Below the pieces are notes generated by a model. The model had not been told where the DNA came from, did no database searches, and worked only from the letters and a program-made list of their open reading frames with translations. Below are positions 26,717 to 34,671 of a stretch of DNA of 64,000 nt, one piece after another. Location of the stretch: positions 76,828 to 140,827 of the forward strand of contig CAXSDA010000014.1 of assembly GCA_964236515.1 (NCBI GenBank), read 5' to 3'. Both the position numbers and the translations under genes were made by a program. The DNA comes from an uncultured Actinoplanes sp. (GTDB lineage: Bacteria; Actinomycetota; Actinomycetes; Mycobacteriales; Micromonosporaceae). The first letter of the stretch is position 1. Every line of letters starts with the position of its first letter.

Positions 26717-27555
26717 CGCGCCGGCGCGGAGGGGTCGAGCACCGGCCGCAGCAACTCGGGCGGACCGCCCCGGCGCCGCCACTCGCGCGGGTAACCCAGC
26801 GATACCTCTCGGAACGGCACGCCGTCGTGGTGCGTGGTCCGCGGGATGTGCAGGTGCCCGTAGACGGCCGAAGCCGCCCGGAACCGCACGTGCCAGTTGG
26901 CGGTCCGCTCCGTGCCGCACCACTGGGCGAACTCCGGGTAGAACAGCACGTCGGTGGGCTCGCGGACGAGCGGCCAGTGCGAGACCAGGACTGTCGGCAG
27001 CTCCGGGTCGCAGGCCTCAAGCCGTCGTTCGGTCTCGACCACCCGGGCATGGCACCACGCGGCCCGGCTCGGATACGGATCCGGGTGCAGCAGCATCTCG
27101 TCGGTGCAGACCACACCCCGTTCGTACGCCTCGGCCAGCGACTGTTCCTCGGTGGTTCCGGGCGCCCGGAACGAGTAGTCGTACAACGTGAACAATGGCG
27201 AGACGACGATCGGCCCGCCGACGCCGTTCCAGACCGGAAAGTCGTCCTCCGGCGTCGACACGCCCAGCCGACGGCAGACCTCCACCAGTTCGCGGTACCG
27301 GGCCTCGCCGCGCAGCGTGACCGGGTCCTCCGGATGCGTCCAAAGCTCGTGATTGCCTGGCGCCCAAATCACTTTGGCGAACCGCTCGGCCAGCCGGGCG
27401 AGGGTGTCCCGCACGTCGGCGAACAACTCGGCCACGTCCCCCGCCACGATCAGCCAGTCCCCCTCGTCCAGCGGCTGCAGCGCGTCGACGATCGGGCGGT
27501 TCTCGGCGTGGGCGACGTGCAAGTCGCTGACCGCGTACAGGGAGCCGGTGTTCAC
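26713..27555 (-). CDS. Calcineurin-like metallophosphoesterase, PptH-like
   Basis: SDLHV, VAGDV, PGNHELW, VSHWP, YGHLH motifs; GGAGA RBS before GTG 27555. Confidence 0.92.
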   Translation of the reverse strand: MNTGSLYAVSDLHVAHAENRPIVDALQPLDEGDWLIVAGDVAELFADVRDTLARLAERFAKVIWAPGNHELWTHPEDPVTLRGEARYRELVEVCRRLGVSTPEDDFPVWNGVGGPIVVSPLFTLYDYSFRAPGTTEEQSLAEAYERGVVCTDEMLLHPDPYPSRAAWCHARVVETERRLEACDPELPTVLVSHWPLVREPTDVLFYPEFAQWCGTERTANWHVRFRAASAVYGHLHIPRTTHHDGVPFREVSLGYPREWRRRGGPPELLRPVLDPSAPAR

Positions 27556-27744
27556 TTCTCCACGGTGCCCGGGCAACCCCTTCAACGCTCGTCCGATGGG
27601 CCAAGTTAGGGGTTGAAGTAGGGGGAGCGGCCGCGACTACCGTCCAACAGTCCCAGGAGAGGTGGGCGTATGGAGCCGTTGTCCGAGGCGGCCCGGGGCC
27701 AGCGCCGATCCGGAGACGCTCGCTGCAGTTCCGGTTCCCACCCA

Positions 27745-28630
27745 CCACGTGGCCGTGTACCTGCGGGTGGAGGATGTCGGCATGTTCGTCGGCGTGGCCG
27801 ACAAGACGTCCGCAAATCATTGCGCGTGGGACAGGTGCCGATGCTGGAACTGGCGCCCGGCGAAGTCCTGGTCGCGGTGATGGCCAGCGCGATCAACTAC
27901 AACACCGTCTGGTCGGCGATGTGCGAGCCGCTCCCGACGTTCCACTTCGTCCAGCGCTTCGCGGCCGCCGGCGGCTGGGCCGGCCGTCGCGATCGGCCGC
28001 ACCAAGTGGTCGTTCCGATGGCGCCGGGGTGGTGGCCTGGAACGGTTCGGGCGTACGGCGGTGGGGGCCGGCGACCATGTGGTGATCAGCCCGGCGTACG
28101 TGGACGAACAGGAACCGCTCAGCCACGCCGACGGCATGCTGGGCGCCGACCAGCTTGCCTGGGGGCTGGCCCACTACACGGTCGTCCGCCGTGCGCCGGC
28201 ACCGCGTACCGATGATGGTCAGCGACAAGTGCGCCCGGATGAAGCTAGGGCGACGTGTTGCTCTACTGGGGTGCGGCGGGGCTCAGAGCGTACGCGATCC
28301 AGCTGGTCCGCAACGGTGGGCGTCGCGGTCGGGTCGGCGGCCGAGGCGGACACGGCCCCGGCACTCGGCTGCGACATGGTTATCCGCCGGGACGAGATCA
28401 AGCTCGACGACAGTTGCGCGGACGACGCCGCCCGCGTGGTCGAGGTCGGCACACGACTCGGCTCCCTGATCCGGCGCGACCGGGGAGGACCGCACATCGC
28501 CTTCTAGCACGTCGGGGGGTCCACTTTCGGCGTCCCGGTGTTCGTCGTGCGCCGCGGCGGCACCGTGGTCACCTTCGGCTCGAGCACCGGTTTGACCACC
28601 GCTTCGACAACCGCCACCTCTACTCCCGAA
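27745..28630 (+). pseudogene. ccr: Crotonyl-CoA carboxylase/reductase remnant
   Basis: Fragments across three frames: DVRKSL..ELAPGEVLVAVMASAINYNTVWSA..PTFHF; SDGAGVV; VISPAYVDEQEP.HADGMLG..QLAWG; CAGTAYR; QLVRNGG; VRRGGTVVTFGSSTG; FDNRHLY. Multiple frameshifts and stops. Confidence 0.88.
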
Positions 28631-28888
28631 TTCTCGATTATCACGATCGCAGCACAGCCGTCCTTCTCCGCGACGGCGCCGGCGCGGCCGGGGACGGTAC
28701 TGGGATCTTCGACGTTGCGCTGGCCTCCCGTGGCGACCTCCACACCCTGATCCGGGTGGAAGCGGGTGGCAGTCGCCGAACGGCCTCAGCCGCCACGCTT
28801 GCGTAGGAAGGCAGTCTCCCCGGTGATTTCGGCGAAAGTATCGACTGCGGTGACGCCGGGCCGCAGCACAAGCTCGATCACGCGGACG

Positions 28889-29092
28889 CTATTCCGCGAC
28901 GTAAGTACGGCCTGTCCAATAATAAATCGCGCCGTCACTGGACGGTTCGCGCTCGAAATGTTCGTAGCCGCCGTAGTGGCAGACTTTGACGCAGTCATCG
29001 GCGCTCGAAACGAGCGGGTGGCGCAGCTCCTCGGGGAGCAATGCCGGGCCGCCGCGCAGGTCAGCAGTTACGAGACGTTGGGTGTCAGTCAT
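28889..29092 (-). CDS. Small DUF5988-like protein
   Basis: LRGGPALLPEELR..VKVCHYGGYEHFER..YYWTGRTYVAE pattern; GGAGG RBS. Confidence 0.8.
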   Translation of the reverse strand: MTDTQRLVTADLRGGPALLPEELRHPLVSSADDCVKVCHYGGYEHFEREPSSDGAIYYWTGRTYVAE

Positions 29093-29136
29093 CGTTACAC
29101 CTCCATCGGTCTGACCAGGAACTTACTTGCTGGGCC

Positions 29137-29152
29137 GCGGGGAATTCCCTAA
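29137..29152. promoter_or_regulatory. PAS-LuxR (PimM-type) operator-like site
   Basis: GCGGGGAATTCCCTAA, 13/16 to CTVGGGAWWTCCCBAG, upstream of the DUF5988-like gene. Confidence 0.6.
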
Positions 29153-29221
29153 AGCACTGGCGATCGACGAACGGTTCCAGTGTCCCGTGCCTGAAGTGAT
29201 TTTACGGTGTGAGTGCAGGGC

Positions 29222-29590
29222 ACTGAGCTTATTATCCCGTTAGGACGACCTTCTTCTGCCGGGCGGCGAGTTTCGGCCGGTAGCGGTGGGGTTTGAACGG
29301 GATTCGGATGCTGCCGCGAGCGCCTTGGTAGGCCTTGTCGGCGAACATCGTCACCTTTCGCTGCTCAGGGCGCCGATGATGTGATGGGTGCGGTCCGCCG
29401 TCCGGTCAGTAGAGCTTCTGGTCGGCGACCCGGTCGATCGGGATCAGGGTGCCATCGAGGATCGCGTACCCGAGCAGCCTGATCCTGTTCGTCGCTGTGG
29501 CCAGGTCGTCAGCGGTCGTGGCGGGCAGGTCGTGGCCTCGCGGACGTATCGCCAGGCCGTCATGACACCGATCTGGAACCCGGCCGCCAG
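29222..29590 (-). mobile_element. Degraded IS5-family (DDE_Tnp_4, IS112-like) transposase remnant
   Basis: Minus-strand fragments RLAAGFQIGVMTAWRYVREA, YAILDGTLIPIDRVADQKLY(stop), MFADKAYQGARGSIRIPFK. Confidence 0.75.
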
Positions 29591-29830
29591 CCGCCCGAGC
29601 AACGCGGCTTCGAGGTTCACCGGAAACGATGGGTGGTCGAACGAACTCTGACCTGGCTGACCGCCCACCGCCGGCTGGCCCGCGACTACGAACGCGACCC
29701 GGAAGTGTCCGCAGAACTGATCCGTCGGGCCGCCATCAACCAGATGCCGCCCCGTGGCAAACCCGCTGCACGACAGCAACGCCGCACCCTGCAACAAGCC
29801 CGAGCTACAACTCTCTAAAACACCCACTGA
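29590..29830 (+). mobile_element. 3' end of a second IS5-family transposase
   Basis: QRGFEVHRKRWVVERTLTWLTAHRRLARDYERDP, followed by a degenerate terminal repeat-like CTCTAAAACACCCACT. Confidence 0.8.
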
Positions 29831-29880
29831 ACTGAGGGGTTCTAGGGGAAACATTCGTTCATTCGTGGGATCACAGAGGC

Positions 29881-30210
29881 ATGAGCGAAGCCGACGAGCC
29901 TCAGCCGATCGTTTCCCTATTCGTCAATGAGGCCGAGAGCTGGGGTATCGATCCGCAGTTAATTCCGTTTATGATGACGGTGCCGTTCACGGCGAACAAC
30001 ACCGGCCGCCACCCCATTACCAAGCCCTACTATCCGCCCGAGCTGCCGGCGCTCAGCCCGAGCCCGATGCCGGCCGACCGCAAGACCGTGCGCATTCGGC
30101 TGCGCGTCCTACTGACGACGATCTGGATGACGCTGATCCTTCGCCGCAAGTCCGTCGCCCCGGCCGAGGAGCCGAACGCCGGAAGGCCGGAGCCGGACGA
30201 GACAGGCTGA
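29881..30210 (+). CDS. Hypothetical protein (109 aa) inside the cluster
   Basis: GAGG before ATG; stop 3 nt from the convergent TEII stop; in-frame TTA codon at 29959-29961. Confidence 0.55.
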   Translation: MSEADEPQPIVSLFVNEAESWGIDPQLIPFMMTVPFTANNTGRHPITKPYYPPELPALSPSPMPADRKTVRIRLRVLLTTIWMTLILRRKSVAPAEEPNAGRPEPDETG

Positions 30211-30213
30211 CCG

Positions 30214-30978
30214 TCAGCCTTGCCGCGCGGTGAGCAGGCGAACCGAGTCGAGTTCGGTCGCGATCTCGCGCTGGACCGCGCCCAGGTGAGCGACGATGAA
30301 AAAGTGGCCCCCCGGGTAGACGGCGCTGCGGAAGTCGCCCTCGGTGTGCAGCCGCCACGCCTGGGACTCCGGCACCGTCGTGAGGGGATCGCTGTCGCCG
30401 GTCAGGGCGACGATCCGACTGCTGATCAGGCTGTCCCCGGTACCCAGGTAGGACTCGATTGCGCGGTAGTCGGCGCGGATCGACGGCATCGCCATCTTCA
30501 GCACATCGTCGTCCAGCCGGGCGACGTCGGTGCCGCCCAGGCGGTGGAGCTCGGCGATGACGCCTTCGTCGTCGCGGCGGTGCACCGTCTCGCGGCGCTG
30601 GGTGCTGGGAGCGCGCCGACCGGAGGCGATCAGCGAACGCGGGCCGGGGCGTCCGGCTCGCTGAAGCCGCAACGCCGTTTCGAAGGCGAGAATGGCGCCC
30701 ATACTGTGCCCGAAGTAGACGGTCGGCTTCTCCGGGTCGTACGAAATCTCCTCGGCCAGCCGGTCGGCCATAGTGGCGACGTCAGCGATGCAGGGCTCGT
30801 GACGCCGGTCCTGACGTCCCGGGTACTGCACCGAGATGACGTCGGCCTCGGCGCCGAACCGCACGGAAATCGGGTGGTAGTAGCTCGCCGAGCCGCCGGC
30901 GTGCGGGAAGCACACCAGCCGGACGCTGCTCTGCGGGTTCGGATGGAATCGCATCAGCCAGCGGGAGTTGCTGTTCAC
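30214..30978 (-). CDS. Type II (editing) thioesterase
   Basis: LVCFPHAGGSAS, QYPGRQDR, GHSMG nucleophile, GGHFF; GTGA overlap with the aminotransferase stop. Confidence 0.95.
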   Translation of the reverse strand: MNSNSRWLMRFHPNPQSSVRLVCFPHAGGSASYYHPISVRFGAEADVISVQYPGRQDRRHEPCIADVATMADRLAEEISYDPEKPTVYFGHSMGAILAFETALRLQRAGRPGPRSLIASGRRAPSTQRRETVHRRDDEGVIAELHRLGGTDVARLDDDVLKMAMPSIRADYRAIESYLGTGDSLISSRIVALTGDSDPLTTVPESQAWRLHTEGDFRSAVYPGGHFFIVAHLGAVQREIATELDSVRLLTARQG

Positions 30979-32063
30979 GGTGTGATCCTCTCGACGGTGG
31001 GGCGGGATGGCCCGTGGTAGAACTGGCGGATCTGGGAGATGACGAATTCCTGATCGGCCGCTGTCATCGAGGTGTAGGTCGGCAGGTAGAAGCCGTCCCG
31101 GCTGAGCCGGCTGGCGTTGAGCGCCGGCCAATCGGGGTGCAGATAGCCGGGCTGGCGGCTCATCGGCTTGAAGAAGACCCGGGTCTCCACCCCCGCCGCG
31201 CGCAGAAACTCCCGCAGCGCTTCGCTGTCGCGGGCACAGATGTCGTACATCCAGAGCACGTCGCGCGGTGGCATCAGGGTGAGTTCGGGGATGTCCTGCA
31301 GACCGGCGTCGTAGCGTTTCTCGATCAAACTGCGGGCGGCGAGGATCTCGTCGAGGCGCTCCACCTGGGCGAGGGCCACCGCCGCCTGCATCGCCGTCAT
31401 CCGGAAGTTGTAGGCCAACTTCCTGTGCAGGAAGCTGTGGTCGGAGGTGAAGGCCATCCCGCGCAGATGCTCGAGCTGGCCGGCCAGCCGGGGGTCGGCC
31501 GTCAGGCACACGCCACCCTCGCCGGAGGTGATGATCTTGTTAGCGAACAGCGAGTAGCAGGCGATGTCGCCCACCGGCCGGACGCCGTGCGCCTCGGCCG
31601 AATCCTCGACCACCCGCAGGTTGTAGTCGTAGGCAAGGCCCATGATCGTGTCCATGTCACACCGCCGGCCGTACACGTGTACCGGCATGATGGCCCTGGT
31701 GCGGCTGGTGATCTTCTCCTCGATGCGGGTGACGTCGATGTTGAGATCGTCGGCGCAGTCGACGAAAACGGGTGTCGCGCCGACGTAGGTGACCGCCCAG
31801 GCCGAGGCGATCATCGTGAACTCGGGGACGATCACCTCGTCGCCCGGGCCGATGCGGAGGGCCCGCAAGGCGAGCGTCAGAGCGGCTGTTCCAGAGGAGC
31901 ACGCGATCGCGTGGGCGTAACCGTTGTAGGTGGCGAAGGCCTGCTCGAAGCGCTGAACGTAAGGCCCTTGCGACGAGATCCAGCCGGCGGTCACGGTGTC
32001 GGTGACGTACTCCAGCTCGCGTCCGTCGAGACAGGGTTTGGATACCGGGTACCGGAAGGTCAT
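30975..32063 (-). CDS. DegT/DnrJ aminotransferase, polyene mycosamine/perosamine synthase type (NysDII/AmphDII-like)
   Basis: YPVSKP..WISSQGPYV, SSGTAAL, EDSAEAHG, SLFANKIITSGEGG (PLP Lys), HSFLHRKLAYNFRM, DVLWMYD, FFKPMSRQP. Confidence 0.93.
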   Translation of the reverse strand: MTFRYPVSKPCLDGRELEYVTDTVTAGWISSQGPYVQRFEQAFATYNGYAHAIACSSGTAALTLALRALRIGPGDEVIVPEFTMIASAWAVTYVGATPVFVDCADDLNIDVTRIEEKITSRTRAIMPVHVYGRRCDMDTIMGLAYDYNLRVVEDSAEAHGVRPVGDIACYSLFANKIITSGEGGVCLTADPRLAGQLEHLRGMAFTSDHSFLHRKLAYNFRMTAMQAAVALAQVERLDEILAARSLIEKRYDAGLQDIPELTLMPPRDVLWMYDICARDSEALREFLRAAGVETRVFFKPMSRQPGYLHPDWPALNASRLSRDGFYLPTYTSMTAADQEFVISQIRQFYHGPSRPTVERITP

Positions 32064-32100
32064 GACCGTCCTCGCAAGGGTCCGCTGGTGGGCTGAGTGC

Positions 32101-33528
32101 TCAGAGCGCGATATTGCCGTGCGCGCCACGCCGCTGGGGCGCTGCCGCGATCGCCTCGGCCAGGTGCCGGCTCGTGCGGGCAGGCTCGATGACCTCGTCC
32201 ACCACCCCGATCTCCAGGGCTTTCGAAACGCCGCCGGCGAGGCGTTCGTGCTCGGCGACCAAGGTGGTGCGGAGCGCTTCGCGCTGGTGGTCCGGCGCCT
32301 CGGCGAGCTTGCGGCGATGCAGGATCTCGATGGCCGCGCCGGCGCCCATGACGGCGACCTCGGCTTCCGGCCAGGCGAAGACGGCCGTCGCCCCGAGCGC
32401 CTTGCAGTTCATGGCGATGTAGGCGCCCCCGTACGCCTTGCGGGTAATCAGCGTGACCGACGGCACGGCCGCCTCGGCGAAGGCGTGCAGCAGCTTCGCT
32501 CCGCGGCGGACCACGCCGTCCCACTCCTGCTGCACCCCGGGCAGATAGCCTGGAACGTCGACCAGGACGACCAGTGGTACCCCGAAGGCGTCGCACATGC
32601 GCACGAACCGGGCCGCCTTCTCCGCCGAGAGCGAGTCGAGGCAGCCGCCTTTGCGCAGCGGGTTGTTGGCCACCACGCCGACGCTGCGTCCGGCCAGGCG
32701 CCCAAACCCAATCACCATGTTGGGCGCCCACTTGGCCTGCAGCTCGACGAAACCGGCGCCGCCGGGGTCGTCGTCGAGCAGCTGATGGACCAGCGGGCGC
32801 ACGTCGTAGGCCCGTTTGGCCGATTCCGGCAACAACGCCCGCGGGTCCCCTGTCCGGGCCCGGGCCGGATCGACGTGGCCGGGGTCGGCCAGCAGCTCGA
32901 CGAGTCGCCGGGTGCGCTGGTACGCGTCGGTCTCGGAGGTGGCGATCACGTGGGCGACGCCCGAGCGGCGGCCGTGGGCGTCGGGGCCGCCCAACGCCTC
33001 CATGTCGATCTGCTCGCCGGTGACCGAGCGGACCACGTCCGGGCCCGTGATGAAGACGCGGGCCTGCTCGGCCATGATGACGATGTCGGTGAGCGCCGGT
33101 CCATAGGCCGCGCCACCGGCCGCCGGCCCGACGACCACGGACAGCTGCGGGATGCGCCCCGAGGCGCGCACCATCGCCGCGAACATCTGCCCGATGCCGT
33201 CCATGGAGGCAACGCCTTCGGCCAGTTTGGCCCCGCCGGAGTGCCAGATGCCGACGACCGGGATGCCTTCGAGCAGAGCCCGATCGATCCCCTGGGCGAT
33301 GACCGGGCAGTCGTCGGCGCCGATCGCGCCACCCATCGAGCGCCCGTCGGTGCAGTAGACGATGACCGGGCATTCGGCGATCCGGCCGCGGGCGACGACG
33401 ACGTTTGTGCGCCGCGCGATGGTCTCGAGCGACTCCGCGTCGAGGAGTTGCCCGATGCGGTAGTACGGTTCTCGCTGGTCCAGACGCGACTCGGCCGAAC
33501 CTTGCTCAGTCACTACGGGGAGCGCCAT
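32101..33528 (-). CDS. Acyl-CoA carboxylase carboxyltransferase subunit, AccD6-like
   Basis: YCTDG..MGGA, WHSGGAKLAEG, GPAAGGAAYGPALTD, FITGPDVV, DVPGYLPG, TRKAYGGAY, GVVDEVI. Confidence 0.93.
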   Translation of the reverse strand: MALPVVTEQGSAESRLDQREPYYRIGQLLDAESLETIARRTNVVVARGRIAECPVIVYCTDGRSMGGAIGADDCPVIAQGIDRALLEGIPVVGIWHSGGAKLAEGVASMDGIGQMFAAMVRASGRIPQLSVVVGPAAGGAAYGPALTDIVIMAEQARVFITGPDVVRSVTGEQIDMEALGGPDAHGRRSGVAHVIATSETDAYQRTRRLVELLADPGHVDPARARTGDPRALLPESAKRAYDVRPLVHQLLDDDPGGAGFVELQAKWAPNMVIGFGRLAGRSVGVVANNPLRKGGCLDSLSAEKAARFVRMCDAFGVPLVVLVDVPGYLPGVQQEWDGVVRRGAKLLHAFAEAAVPSVTLITRKAYGGAYIAMNCKALGATAVFAWPEAEVAVMGAGAAIEILHRRKLAEAPDHQREALRTTLVAEHERLAGGVSKALEIGVVDEVIEPARTSRHLAEAIAAAPQRRGAHGNIAL

Positions 33529-33579
33529 CGGATACTCCTGTCGTCCGCGGAACCATCCCCCGATGACATCGGAATTCGG

Positions 33580-33626
33580 CCCAGGAAAACCTCAGTCCTG
33601 TCTGCGCCAACTAAGCGTTTCCCGAA
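33580..33626. promoter_or_regulatory. Two PAS-LuxR operator-like sites
   Basis: CCCAGGAAAACCTCAG (33580-33595) and CTAAGCGTTTCCCGAA (33611-33626), each 12/16 to the consensus, in the divergent carboxylase/ferredoxin gap. Confidence 0.45.
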
Positions 33627-33676
33627 CAGGCCGGCCGCAGAATGGCTTCGACGACGCCCGTCCGACAAGGAGCATC

Positions 33677-33871
33677 ATGCGCATCGAGGTCGATACCGAC
33701 AACTGCATCGGCGCCGGCCAGTGCGTCCTGTCGGCGCCCGGCATCTTCGACCAGACCGACGAGGGCCTGGTGGATGTGCTCGTGCCGGAACCCGATGGGA
33801 AGGCGGTCGACGATGTCCACGAGGCCATCCACAGTTGCCCCTCCGGGTCCATCCGCCTCATCGAGCAATAG
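33677..33871 (+). CDS. Single-cluster ferredoxin, P450 redox-partner type
   Basis: CIGAGQC...CPSG motif, 64 aa; AAGGAG RBS. Confidence 0.95.
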   Translation: MRIEVDTDNCIGAGQCVLSAPGIFDQTDEGLVDVLVPEPDGKAVDDVHEAIHSCPSGSIRLIEQ

Positions 33872-33888
33872 AGCGGCTGGGGCCCCGC

Positions 33889-34671
33889 TCAGGAGCGGAC
33901 GTAGTCGGGCAAGACCTGGGGCGGCCAGGAGCCGATCCGGAAAAGACCCATGGAATACGACTTCGACACCAGCGCTGCCCGATTGGGCACCTTGAACTGA
34001 CGGAGCATGTTGCCGACGTGGTATTCGACTCCCTGCCGGCTGAGAAACAGCCGCGAAGCCAGCTGAACCGTTGGCGCGCCGGCGGCCACGCCTTCCAAGA
34101 TCTGCGCATTTATTTGCGAGAGCAGTTTCGTGGGGCTTATCAGGGTCCGCCGGTTTCCCCCGTCCTCGGCGTTGATCATGATCAGAATTGATTCGACCCG
34201 GCCGCCGGCGTCCTCATTGGCGCAGGCGGTCACCGTTCCGCTGAGGGTCGTGCTGGTTTCCCACAGAGCGGCCAGGTTCTCGACGAAACTGTTACTGCGC
34301 CGCTGGACCAGGCGATCGAACTGCCGCGTCATGACACCACGGACGCTGGGGTGTAACAGTTCGCAGATATCGCGTCCCAGCAGCGTGTCCGCCGTGCGCC
34401 CGCACTGTTCGACGAAGTATCGGTTGTGGTCGCTGATCCGTGCACTGGCATCGAGCACGGCGATCGCGGCATTGACGTTCTCCATGGCGGACTGCAATTG
34501 GCCCGGAGTCTGCGTCCGCGGTTTCACCAGAGAATCCTCAGCAGGCGCCGCAACGAAATCGCTCAACCCGGGCACACCGGTTGCGAAAACCACGATAGGT
34601 CTCCTATCTGAGATAGAGAAGGCGCGTCTGGGGGGCAGAGTTCTCTTCCTGCGCTCGGATGTCACGGACAT
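33889..34671 (-). CDS. PAS-LuxR pathway regulator (PimM/NysRIV/AmphRIV family)
   Basis: PAS segment; ILEGVAAGAPTVQLASRLFLSRQGVEYHVGNMLRQFKVPNRAALVSKSYSMG..SWPPQVLPDY. True start may be downstream of 34671. Confidence 0.93.
   Translation of the reverse strand: MSVTSERRKRTLPPRRAFSISDRRPIVVFATGVPGLSDFVAAPAEDSLVKPRTQTPGQLQSAMENVNAAIAVLDASARISDHNRYFVEQCGRTADTLLGRDICELLHPSVRGVMTRQFDRLVQRRSNSFVENLAALWETSTTLSGTVTACANEDAGGRVESILIMINAEDGGNRRTLISPTKLLSQINAQILEGVAAGAPTVQLASRLFLSRQGVEYHVGNMLRQFKVPNRAALVSKSYSMGLFRIGSWPPQVLPDYVRS

Noticed and set aside
28630-28888. ORFs 28766-29152 (+) and 28786-28998 (-)
   Set aside because: No RBS or family motifs; one is antisense to the DUF5988-like gene.
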